A DNA stretch of 64,000 nucleotides from positions 62,001 through 126,000 of the forward strand of contig JAKMXF010000233.1 in assembly GCA_024704765.1 (NCBI GenBank), given 5' to 3'. The notes beneath the pieces were generated by a model. The model saw only the letters and a list, made by a program, of their open reading frames with translations. It did not search any database and was not told the DNA's origin. Of the stretch, positions 13,816 to 24,018 are shown piece by piece. Numbering within the stretch: position 1 is the stretch's first letter; the number at the start of each line of letters is the position of its first letter. This stretch comes from Oopsacas minuta (Eukaryota; Animalia; Porifera). The position numbers were made by a program, and so were the translations under genes.

Positions 13816-13972
13816 CAGTAGAACCTGAATAAACCTACACCTGTATACTTCTACAGTGTTTCTGATCTGAAATAGTTTCCTACAATACAAATTAACCTTT
13901 ATAATCCGCTATTTGTAAAACCGAAACGATTGTCAAGTCCCAACGGGTGTCGGTTTTATGCGGGTTACACTG
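13816..13972. mobile_element. pogo/Tigger-type MITE, same family as 2910-3158
   Basis: cagtagaacctgaataaacctacacctgtata ... cgggttacactg-TA; shares the internal tctgaaatag...tacaa...ataatccg blocks. Confidence 0.6.
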
Positions 13973-14297
13973 TACCAAAAATAGTCAAAATACGAGAATA
14001 TTCTTAGAATGTGTCCATTTATCTTAATCATTGTTGCTCTATATACAACTATGTACGTAGAGTATCTTTAATTACAAAGACAATTCTATGTTTGTTATTC
14101 AAACTGAAGTACATATGTAATTTGAATCAAAATTTTAACGAAAACCCAAATGACGGAAAAATATTTTATTACTATGCACACCTTAATAGGAAACAAACAA
14201 CGCATAGACGTACTCAGTATACGATTTTACAAATACTCAGTCCTACATATGTCTAAAATATAAACTATCTACAAAGTATATTTGAAATGGCACAAAC

Positions 14298-14546
14298 ATG
14301 AGCGAGGTAACACATTTAACTAATGACGAGTTTTTGGAAGTAAATTCTTCTTTATAAATTAACCACCTCGATGAAATGGAAGCTATGATATCTCCAAATG
14401 ATGTAGATGTGAAAGACTAATTGTTGAACGAGCTAGCACCTTTATGCCATGAATTTCAAACTTTAATCTCTAGTGAAACACTACCTGACCCTCTCAAGAG
14501 TCATTCACAGAGCGATACGACCAGCATATATAGAAACATGTCCTAG
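14298..14546 (+). pseudogene. Decayed 83-codon reading frame of unknown origin
   Basis: MSEVTHLTNDEFLEVNSSL*INHLDEMEAMISPNDVDVKD*LLNELAPLCHEFQTLISSETLPDPLKSHSQSDTTSIYRNMS*: protein-like composition, two internal TAA in one frame. Confidence 0.3.
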
Positions 14547-15280
14547 ATTAGTGAAAGATCACTTTATACTCTTAGGGTTTCTTATTATAAAAATTATCGC
14601 CGACTTATAAGTATACTGATACACTAACATATAAACATTAGGGTTAACACTCTTTTTGCAAAATTTATGCATTTCATAAGTTCATAAGCTTAAGGATATT
14701 ACCATATATGGAAAGGTGTGTATAACACATAACTTACATTCCAAAATAATGTAGCTAAACCTATGTGTTATCTACGGAGTCCCTAAATATGACTAATACC
14801 TTCCAGTTCGCGAATAATAAATTTCATGTTTTTATGCTATGGATATTTTAACAGGATTACTATTTATGGGAAGGTGTGAATATCATAAATCTTACATCCC
14901 ATAAATATTTCCGTATAACAACATGACCGTTTGACTGACTTTTTTACGACAATAACACATTTCCTGTGGCTAGCATTAACGGATTACGAGATATCAATAA
15001 GTATATAAGCTAACACAATACTGGGCTAACCTAAGTTCAAGTTGAAAGTCCGTATTTTAGAAGTTTGTGATTATAATAATATCTAATTAATGAAATATGA
15101 AATATAGCACCAATTCAATGCTGGCAGATAACGATAAACTACAAATTTTCTCAGAAAAAGAAAGTATTCATTCCAAATAAATAAAATACTATCGAACTAA
15201 TCAGCAAATTAGGAAAAGATAAGAAAGATTATAAACTTAAGTAAAACTAAATATAAAAGTTCAACACACAATTTCTAAAA

Positions 15281-17716
15281 TCAGTTTGATACATAAAAGT
15301 CCCCAATAGGCGAGATTTCATCTTTCTGTATCCAATCCTCGGACTGATAGAGCACCATTAGGGAGTCAATCTGACTCAAACTCCTCTTACCAACATATAT
15401 CATTTCATCTGTCCCAACATCTTCATCAAATTTATATTTTTTCATCATCTTCTTGCTTATGCTAACAATAACGGTATATGAGTCGCCTAGTGTAGTTGAG
15501 AGCTTTTTATAGAGTTCAAGTACAAAAGCTGCTGCAACATTTGTGACAATTAAGACCACAAACAAATAGTAGAATATGAAGAACAAGTAAGAATATACGC
15601 TAGTAACTGCAACAAAACCGTCTGCAATAGTACTCCAGCTTTTGCCGGTCATCAGAATAAATAGAGTTATGAATGAATAGAAGATATCGTCAAAATTAAT
15701 CAAATAGTACAATCCTTGTGGTTCGGATTGAAGATCGTACATCTTCCCACATTTGCTGTTTAACTGAGGTATTCCTCTTGAATTAAAACTACACGACTTC
15801 AACTTACCCGCGTATAAAAACATGCCAATGATAGCATACACATAGAAAGCAAGGAAGAGTGACAGAAAGAACCGCATGAGGTCAGGAATACTCAAGACAA
15901 TAATCGAGAATAAACGCCGGAAACTCTTTCTTGCATTCAATATTCTCAATAGATGGAGTGTTCTGATTACGATGAGAAATGTAACAAATTGTACTTCATA
16001 AGGTGTGGGAAACAAAGACAGAAACGAGAGTAGAATAGTACACACTAAAATAACAAAATCCCAAAAATACCATTTCTCTGTGAAATAGTAAAATGGACCA
16101 AATCCCAATATCTGAGAAGAAAACTCAAATATGTAGAAAGGCAGAAACACAATAGCCCAGTATACAATTTTATGATCATTAATCAGATCAGTGGGATTAT
16201 GATAGATTATGGTACCGCAAAATATCCCGATAAAGTTGATGAAAATCACTGAGTTCATGAAAAATTGAAAAAGTTCAGAAGAAACTAGCAAGAAAGCATA
16301 TGTCGATAATCTTCTTAATCGCAAGATTTGGATCATATTGTGCCATACTTTGCTGAGATTTGTAAGGTCAGATCTTCGCCATTTCATTGACAGGACATTT
16401 GACAGCTGTTTAAATTCTTTCCAACTTAAATTTTGATTGTTATGACGGTCCAAGACTTTGAACATGAGTAGACACTGTTTCTCAGATATTGTCTTTGTCA
16501 AAGATACCATTACACGTCTAAACAGTGAATAATCCCATCCGGATGGAGAGAACTGAGTGCCTAAATTGTAAGCGCGTTGCAAGCACGTTCTACGATACTC
16601 AAGCAATATTTTCAACCTCTCCTTTTCAAGTTTGTTAAAATGATCTTTGACAACTGCAAGCAAAATATTAGTTAGAACATAGACTCCGAATGTTAGAAAA
16701 GGAATAAATGCGAGTGAAACTAGAATATTTTGCTCTAAAGAAGGCAACATGATACCAGGGAAATTAACTTTAGTAGAAAGTTCGAATATTGTGATGAATG
16801 TGTCACTGAAGGAACTAAAATCATCACTATCATAACCCCACATGAGATGATAAGTCAGGAATGAGAAAATACTTACGTAAAATATGTACAGAATATAGAG
16901 ATCTAGAATACTGCGGATGGAGTTAAATAATTGTTTCATAACACTGCGGATATTTCTATTGCGGTGAGAAGTGAGGAATATAATTGGTCGAAAAACTCTC
17001 AACAAACGGTTATCACAGTAACTAGGTATTGTCAGAGCGAGAATGAAATCGATAGTCACAAAGATAACACCAATCAAACGCAAAAATGTTGTTTGATGTC
17101 GCAAAAATCGTTTAGCCCCCAACCAGGAATATCTTAGCACAAGATCAATCACGAAATATACAATAAGTATGGATTCTAGTATCGATGTAATGATAAAAAA
17201 CTCTGACTCATGAGGGAGGAATAACTCGGTCAAAGGCGGTTCGAAACAGGTCAACAACAAGAGTAGTACACACATTAGCAAATCAAAATAATACACGATT
17301 GGATGGTATATTATGTCATATGCTCGTTTGCCATTTTTACTCCATGGCTGGTACTTTGGATTAAAATAATTCTGACTTTGATGAACGTATAATGCAATAT
17401 TCTCTATTCTAGAGTTCTGATGCTTTTCTGTTTTTGGGAATATACTCTTTCCTTTTACCTCATAGTTATCCACATAAAGATACTCATCTTCAATGCTATT
17501 TACACGCACCCTATCAACTCTCATACCGACTGGAATACCGCAACTTTCCTCAGAATCAAACCTCAAGGAAGGCAGGTCTAGGGAATTTGCCAAAACATCA
17601 TCCTCCTGATTAATGGGGCTAGGGGCTACGTCATCATTAAAATTTGATGATAAAGGCACAGGTTGGTTCAGGCTCCACTCATTTATCCGGTAAGACTTAT
17701 CAAGTCGAAAAGTCAT
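15281..17716 (-). CDS. Two-pore channel (TPC family), single exon, divergent selectivity filters
   Basis: Two 6-TM repeats; S4-I RLLRVFRP; pore I FELSTKVNFPGIMLP; linker EF-hand-like FKVLDRHNNQNLSWKEF; S4-II IRTLHLLRIL; pore II LINFDDIFYSFITLFILMTGKSW; S6-II NVAAAFVLE. First ATG at 17716. Confidence 0.9.
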   Translation of the reverse strand: MTFRLDKSYRINEWSLNQPVPLSSNFNDDVAPSPINQEDDVLANSLDLPSLRFDSEESCGIPVGMRVDRVRVNSIEDEYLYVDNYEVKGKSIFPKTEKHQNSRIENIALYVHQSQNYFNPKYQPWSKNGKRAYDIIYHPIVYYFDLLMCVLLLLLTCFEPPLTELFLPHESEFFIITSILESILIVYFVIDLVLRYSWLGAKRFLRHQTTFLRLIGVIFVTIDFILALTIPSYCDNRLLRVFRPIIFLTSHRNRNIRSVMKQLFNSIRSILDLYILYIFYVSIFSFLTYHLMWGYDSDDFSSFSDTFITIFELSTKVNFPGIMLPSLEQNILVSLAFIPFLTFGVYVLTNILLAVVKDHFNKLEKERLKILLEYRRTCLQRAYNLGTQFSPSGWDYSLFRRVMVSLTKTISEKQCLLMFKVLDRHNNQNLSWKEFKQLSNVLSMKWRRSDLTNLSKVWHNMIQILRLRRLSTYAFLLVSSELFQFFMNSVIFINFIGIFCGTIIYHNPTDLINDHKIVYWAIVFLPFYIFEFSSQILGFGPFYYFTEKWYFWDFVILVCTILLSFLSLFPTPYEVQFVTFLIVIRTLHLLRILNARKSFRRLFSIIVLSIPDLMRFFLSLFLAFYVYAIIGMFLYAGKLKSCSFNSRGIPQLNSKCGKMYDLQSEPQGLYYLINFDDIFYSFITLFILMTGKSWSTIADGFVAVTSVYSYLFFIFYYLFVVLIVTNVAAAFVLELYKKLSTTLGDSYTVIVSISKKMMKKYKFDEDVGTDEMIYVGKRSLSQIDSLMVLYQSEDWIQKDEISPIGDFYVSN

Positions 17717-18294
17717 ATGTTGCAAAGTGAGAATTAGTCCAATTGAGTTCCAATATACACACACACACAAACACGTTAATATTATGGCTATTTCAATAAA
17801 TGCCTAACAATATGATCTTACGTATATACACTCAGAGTAACACTATCTATCTTGAAAGTGTTACCTGATACAAGAATAGACGAGCATGCTAAGATTAGAC
17901 AACTCGAATAACTTTATTTTTCCTATTCTAGTGTAAACCTAAGATAATAGCGCCTGCAGATTACTCCCTTTATGAGTTTGCGTAAATAGCGACAAAAACA
18001 GAACCATATCAAATTTCTGATATTCTGGCCAACACCTTTATGAATGTTAAAACGACGATAGCATTTTGAGGGCGGATTGTGAAGTGTGAAATATAATGCG
18101 TCCTCACAATCAGCATTATACGTATATTGAACAATTTATTCACCATCAAGGAATATCAGATTAACATGAAAATTAGTTACAAGTATATTTTGGGTCGGAG
18201 ATTTGTACCTCTGGTATGAAAGTTTTCTAAAGTGAAATTTTCACACCTTTTTGGTGATTAATCATATTTTCATACCTTTCTATGTAACATTCAT

Positions 18295-18897
18295 ACATTT
18301 GTCGGTGGGTATTTCAATCTATCATCTTGGTAATATGTATCATACCAAAGATTCAACTCCTTTTCTTTCCCATCATGACAGTTTCTACTCGATTAATTGG
18401 ATTTATGTTGTTTGGTGTAGCAGAAAGGTAGAATTAGCAATTAAATCTAGAATGAATGAAATTCGTTACTTTGAATGGAATGCAGCTCATATAGGTTATT
18501 TCAGAAAGTACTCCACGAATTTCACATTCAACTTGCTTTGAGATTAATAGCCTGCTCATTTTTAATGTTAATTGTGAAAAGTATTTTGGCAGTGATACTC
18601 TCTTACTTGGAATTAATTCTTTTGGGAAATTATTTCTTCAATAAAGTACATAATCAAGTCCATTTTTTTATTAATTCTATTTCCGAGCAGATGCAACTAC
18701 GTACAACAATTCATAGATTATGTTCATGGCTTAGGTTGAGTCTCTTTATGGTATTTGGTATTCTCTTTACCTTTCCTTCTCTGGTTTTATTTGTATGGTA
18801 TCTGTTGAATTCACTGTATTCTCTATGCACCTGGAGATCTAGGATGCACAAATTGAATAACGCTTTATTTGAACCTCTCATAAGCTCTAGTAACTGA
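18295..18897 (+). pseudogene. 5'-truncated, frameshifted paralog of the orphan multi-TM family
   Basis: Three frames join as ICRWVFQSIILVICIIPKIQLLFF / YSINWIYVVWCSRKVELAIKSRMNEIRYFE / ...NALFEPLISSSN*. Same layout and C-terminal PL(L/I) ending as 12424-13452. 5' side abuts a dispersed repeat (tttcacaccttttt...gattaatcatat). Confidence 0.55.
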
Positions 18898-19587
18898 TGT
18901 ATATGTCCTGCCAATTTGATATGTATTTATATACTTTTTACTAGTTGTTGCCTTTTGTTTGTGCCATTCTGATATACCTACATTATCAGATGTATACAGT
19001 AATATGAAGTTGTACTTACTTACTTGTCAGATCTACCTTTAATATGTAAAGAAGTTGAAGATTTACAGAATCTAGTGTTTCGAGTTAGAATCACACTGTA
19101 TTATTAAGTAAGTTCTAGATTTACTGAATTATCTTGGTACTAGTTATAATCACGAAAAAAGATCATGCTTGGCAGTGATTTTATGACCCAACCTGAATTC
19201 CTAAATAGAGTGCCATTAATATAGATAATTATATTAGAATATATTACACATGAATAAACAAACAGAAGACGGACGAACAGAATAATTCAAATAACAATAT
19301 ATTTTGCATCTGGGGTTGATTACTACTTAATGATTATGAATACCATTATGATTACAGGAAATGTTGTAATCATAATCAACCCCAAGCCGGGATGTAAGTT
19401 GAATCATCTGAAGTATGATTTGAAGAAGTATCTGGAATAATTTGTTTTTGATATAATTAGTAAAATACATCAATTGGCAATAAGATAGCAAGCAAGTGAA
19501 GGAAGACAATTAAATAATAGCTTAAGGGAAGAGGCACGTTATTAGTCATGTAATAGACTAGCTAACAGACGAAAGTAATATTCCCAA

Positions 19588-22260
19588 CTAAAGACGAACA
19601 TCACTAAGCCGTATATCATGAACTTGGAGAAGTCGAGAATCTGAACAGAGCTGAGTTAACAGTTCAAATAATTTCTCTATGCGTAAATCAAATCTCTCCG
19701 CTAAATGATTCATCCGCTCATCCATGGAATCTAGCCTTTGATCCACATTGGTATAGTCTTCATCAAAAGGAAAATCATCAAAAGCGTGGTTAAGCTTTTC
19801 ATTTACAAATTGCTGTGATTGCATGGTGCACAACATCCCCTTTACATCAACCTTTTCATTGAAACTTTTCAAATTTAATTGTTTTATATCTTTTACGCCG
19901 AAATACTCATTCAATTCGTCCTTCCCAATAACGATAGATTCCACGATGTACCATTTTCTTATTCTCTTGAATATGGATATAATAGAGGTTCTCTGTATTT
20001 GAATAATGAAATTGAGTCTATGCCAGGCAAAACTATAATCTGCTCGTTCTTCAAATTTGGAATAGGTATCGGAAAGTTGGGCAATGAATACATTGACGAA
20101 CACGATGACAATTAAGAATAGGAAGGTTAGGTAGATTGTTGTAGACATCCAATTGAGCAAATTGTAAAGATAATTACCGTCCAAGATATTTCCCTGTACC
20201 AGAATCCTAAGCCCCGACAAGAATACCCAGTATACTTGATCAGTAATTCCATATAGGTGTCTAGTTTCCTCAAATAGTGACAAATTTCGGAATCCTTCAG
20301 GTGTTGTTGGCACAAACAATGATATGTGAAATGTGCCAGTAAAGATGCATAGTGTTATTAGGAATAGGATAGCGAATTTGGGTAAATCATCTTTGAGTAC
20401 ATTGTAAAAAATATTTGAATACGGCCCCAAAACAGGTATGAGGACAATCAGTTTAAAGAGACGCATCGCATTAATGAAAAATGCAATGGAAGCAAAGATC
20501 CATTGAATTGGTGATCGAGCAGCACGAAAAATTATTAGAATGAAGAGGGATAGAAGGCCTAATACGTCCCAATAGTTTGAATTGTTTTTGAAATAGTCGA
20601 GGAGAACTCTTATGATGAATATTTTCTTCACTTTCAAAGCTGATCTTTTCAATGTTTCCAAACGGCTCCTTCTATGTACCATTTCAGATTGTCTTTGCCT
20701 TTCCTCTTCTTCTGCATTTCTTACTCTTATCATGCTATGATATGTAAGAATAGATACTCTAAAGAATTCAATGCCCTCGGTAAAGAGGTTTCCTACAAAA
20801 TAGAAAAGCGTGAATAATTCCGCTATGAGCCGTGGGTAATCATGGAGTGATGAAAACATGAGAAAGTGTTCGGAGTCTGGTTCATATGTAGCTAATATTA
20901 GAGAGCTTCCAAGTGTGAATAAGAATAAGGTATATAATGCTAATCTCACACCTAGGATTGCATATCCGTAATTAGACATCTTTCTATCAACTAGGATTCT
21001 AATGGTGCCATGGTATGCAAGCTCGGAACTCCCAGACAGGCTTATGTGTTGCAATAAATCAGTATCGTTGTAGTTAAATCTATCTTCTTTTGGCAATAGA
21101 TTTCCACTGTCTATCTCCAAGTATTTGGTGAGTATCTTCCCTTTTGCATGCTTACCATCTATTTCTTCCGATGGTTCCACCAACATTCGATCAAGCAAGG
21201 CTTTCACCGTTTCAATCAATTTGAATTTCACCAAGTCCACAAATGGGATCTTGAACTTCATCCTGCATTCCTTTATATAGTTTTCACTCGGATAGAGACG
21301 GATACACATAGCAACTGCCTCATCTCTCCTGTTTTCAATCGCTCGTTCCATACAGCTGTACCAATCGTCATTAGTTACCCGAAATGATGCACCATTGGTG
21401 ATTAACTCTTTTATTACGTTTGTATGACCATTTTCACAAGCAATACGAAGTGGAAAGTTACCGTTATGATCTCTCTGATCCAAATTGGCTCTTTGACTCG
21501 CGAGGATTAGTATGTGACTTTCTTTACCGATTCTAGCTGCAATGAGTACAGGTGTTTCTCCGTAGTTGTTGGTTGCATTAATATTAGCTCCCTTCTTGAG
21601 TAGTAAATGTACTATCTCTTCATCAGCATCCTGACAGGCGATGTGAAGGGCAGAATCCCCCATTGAGTTAAAGAAGTTCACTTCTGCTCCATGACACAGT
21701 AACCAGTTTATCGTGTGAATGTAGCCATTCCTAGTCGCGTAGTATAGTGGTGTGTTGTTATCAGCATCTATCCTGTTCAGATCCAAACCGGGTCTATTCT
21801 TCTTCAACTCTTTCAGCACTCTCCATGCTCCAGATTCAGCTGCAGTGTGTGGATGGTAGTTTTCTATTATCTCAGCTCCTGCTTCCAATAGGATACTCAC
21901 TAGTTCTGAGTTATTGTTATTACACGCTATCCACAATGCATTTGTACATTGTCTTTGGAACTGTTCTGAAAATTCTCCCTTTTCTTTCTGCTTTCTGATG
22001 ATCAATCGGACGAGGTTATTCTTATGATAATATACACCTTCTCCTAGTGCATTGATTCTCTCTTTAGAATCGATAGCACGTAAATAATCTGCTCCTGACT
22101 CAATCAATTCAACTAACCTATCCCAGTCTTTGTTTATCATAGCTTTATCATATTCGGAATTACTCCTTGATGAGTTACTAACATCTACAGCATCGTTCTC
22201 AAAATTTACTAACTTGGAACATTCCTCATCGTTTCGCAAATTTGACATATTTAGAGCCAT
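19588..22260 (-). CDS. Ankyrin-repeat TRP channel (TRPV/TRPA-like), single exon
   Basis: About 7 ankyrin repeats (TPLYYA, SALHIAC, TPVLIAA, FPLRIAC), six TM segments, S6 VNVFIAQLSDTY, TRP-helix-like FAWHRLNFII, C-terminal coiled coil. Start could be 22299, 22260 or 22248. Confidence 0.9.
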   Translation of the reverse strand: MALNMSNLRNDEECSKLVNFENDAVDVSNSSRSNSEYDKAMINKDWDRLVELIESGADYLRAIDSKERINALGEGVYYHKNNLVRLIIRKQKEKGEFSEQFQRQCTNALWIACNNNNSELVSILLEAGAEIIENYHPHTAAESGAWRVLKELKKNRPGLDLNRIDADNNTPLYYATRNGYIHTINWLLCHGAEVNFFNSMGDSALHIACQDADEEIVHLLLKKGANINATNNYGETPVLIAARIGKESHILILASQRANLDQRDHNGNFPLRIACENGHTNVIKELITNGASFRVTNDDWYSCMERAIENRRDEAVAMCIRLYPSENYIKECRMKFKIPFVDLVKFKLIETVKALLDRMLVEPSEEIDGKHAKGKILTKYLEIDSGNLLPKEDRFNYNDTDLLQHISLSGSSELAYHGTIRILVDRKMSNYGYAILGVRLALYTLFLFTLGSSLILATYEPDSEHFLMFSSLHDYPRLIAELFTLFYFVGNLFTEGIEFFRVSILTYHSMIRVRNAEEEERQRQSEMVHRRSRLETLKRSALKVKKIFIIRVLLDYFKNNSNYWDVLGLLSLFILIIFRAARSPIQWIFASIAFFINAMRLFKLIVLIPVLGPYSNIFYNVLKDDLPKFAILFLITLCIFTGTFHISLFVPTTPEGFRNLSLFEETRHLYGITDQVYWVFLSGLRILVQGNILDGNYLYNLLNWMSTTIYLTFLFLIVIVFVNVFIAQLSDTYSKFEERADYSFAWHRLNFIIQIQRTSIISIFKRIRKWYIVESIVIGKDELNEYFGVKDIKQLNLKSFNEKVDVKGMLCTMQSQQFVNEKLNHAFDDFPFDEDYTNVDQRLDSMDERMNHLAERFDLRIEKLFELLTQLCSDSRLLQVHDIRLSDVRL

Positions 22261-22889
22261 AATATCTAATTTACAAGGTAAATGCAATAAATCATACACC
22301 TATGCTTTCGACTCAGGTATACTGATCGAATAATTGTTCGGTTCCAGCCAACTGCTTAATTTGACCAAATTGTGCTCACTAATTACATGATTAAGCTGAA
22401 TCAACTGTAATTTTGTTTGCGATAAACATTTAGAAGTATTATGTGAAGTTCAAATCGGAGTTCTATATAGTTTTACTTGTAAAAATTCTGTGAATTTTGA
22501 CTAGAATATACAATGGAACTATGAACTAATTAGATCTGTAGATAGTACTATATATATATTGTTATTTAGAAATGCTTTTTCAAATTATTCATTGTGTTGA
22601 TTTCAATTAGACATTTTTTACGTACAGTATTAGAAACTTGGCTATTAGCTACTGAATTCGTGCAAAATGCGAGTTGTAAATACACTAATTCCACTATACT
22701 AGACAATCCTCTGATTCGAAGAACTTATATTCTCCATGATTTGATGAATTCTCATGGAATCGTAAACTTCATCCCGAATGTTCCATATAGTTTTCACTCG
22801 GATATAGACGTATATACGATAGAATACTTTCACATGCGAATTAAAACATTTGCCAACGATAGAAGTATTATATATGCCATTGAATGTAA

Positions 22890-23165
22890 TATTATCTAGC
22901 CAACTGAATTCAATTATTTTGGCAACCGAACTGAAAATTCAATTATAGCTGAGAAGGCGCAACGCCTGAGGACGGATATGTGGATGTAGTGAAGTACCTG
23001 ATGTGTCTGAGTATATGAATCCACACTCTATAAAGGGAAATGTTGAAATGATACCAACATATAGGGCATACAATTTTAATCATTTGCCAAATTAATTGCT
23101 TCGTTTGCCAGAATAATTGAATTTTCAGTTCAGTTGCCAAAATAATTGAATTCATTTGCCAACTT
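22890..23165. repeat. Small inverted-repeat element with tandem subterminal units (ttgccaaaataattgaatt)
   Basis: ttggcaaccgaactgaaaattcaattat (~22920-22947) is mirrored by ataattgaattttcagttcagttgccaa (~23113-23140), with further degenerate units on both sides. Confidence 0.6.
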
Positions 23166-24018
23166 AATGGCGCATCCATATGCCATTAATAGTATTACGC
23201 CTATTTGATGATGATGATGACTACTGTCCAAGGTTCAGTGAACACTGACATCTCGTAGTACAATAGAATAATTACCCTTCATCTCGTAAGATTATTCAAC
23301 AGCTTTATACATTTATAATTGGTGACCAAATCTTCTGTTTTCCTAGAACCTGAAAGATTCCATTAGGAACGCTCATAATTACCTTGTAAAATTGATGAGC
23401 TAAATCTTTTGAATATTTTGAATAGATGTGTATTAAAACGGTTAATTAAATAGACTCAAAAACTTCAACAGAATTCAATAATTAAAATAATTTATTTCAT
23501 GATGAACGAATGTTGTTGTTTGCATGTATCATACAGTAGCCGCTTTGCTTGCTCCCGCTACGCTGCTTGTGAACACACTTCGTGTCTTGAATTTTCAAAA
23601 GAACATCTATTATTTGTAAACGCATGAGTACCCTGAAAGGTGGGAGGTTCGGAATCAGCCTACTCGATTACTTCGGTATAATCGTTGAAACTAATTTTCC
23701 AAGACTATTTAGAATTTTCTTTTCTTTATACACCTTAACAACAACAATAAATTTACATATGGGAAACTAAAATGAGAAATTCAGATTCAGCATGCTTAAA
23801 TACCTATGTATTGCCGTTGGCAGCAAGTGAATGGCGAAGTTGAGACCAGTGCAGTATATGCTCATGTATAAAATTCTTCAAAACTAAGAATTTATGGAGA
23901 TCACTTAAAGAAATGCAACTTAAAATCCAACCAGATTAGATATATATTACAATTACATCCACTAAATTCGGGATTCCTTTATTGCTTCACTTTTCAAAAT
24001 ATCAAGCGTTAGTTAGAA

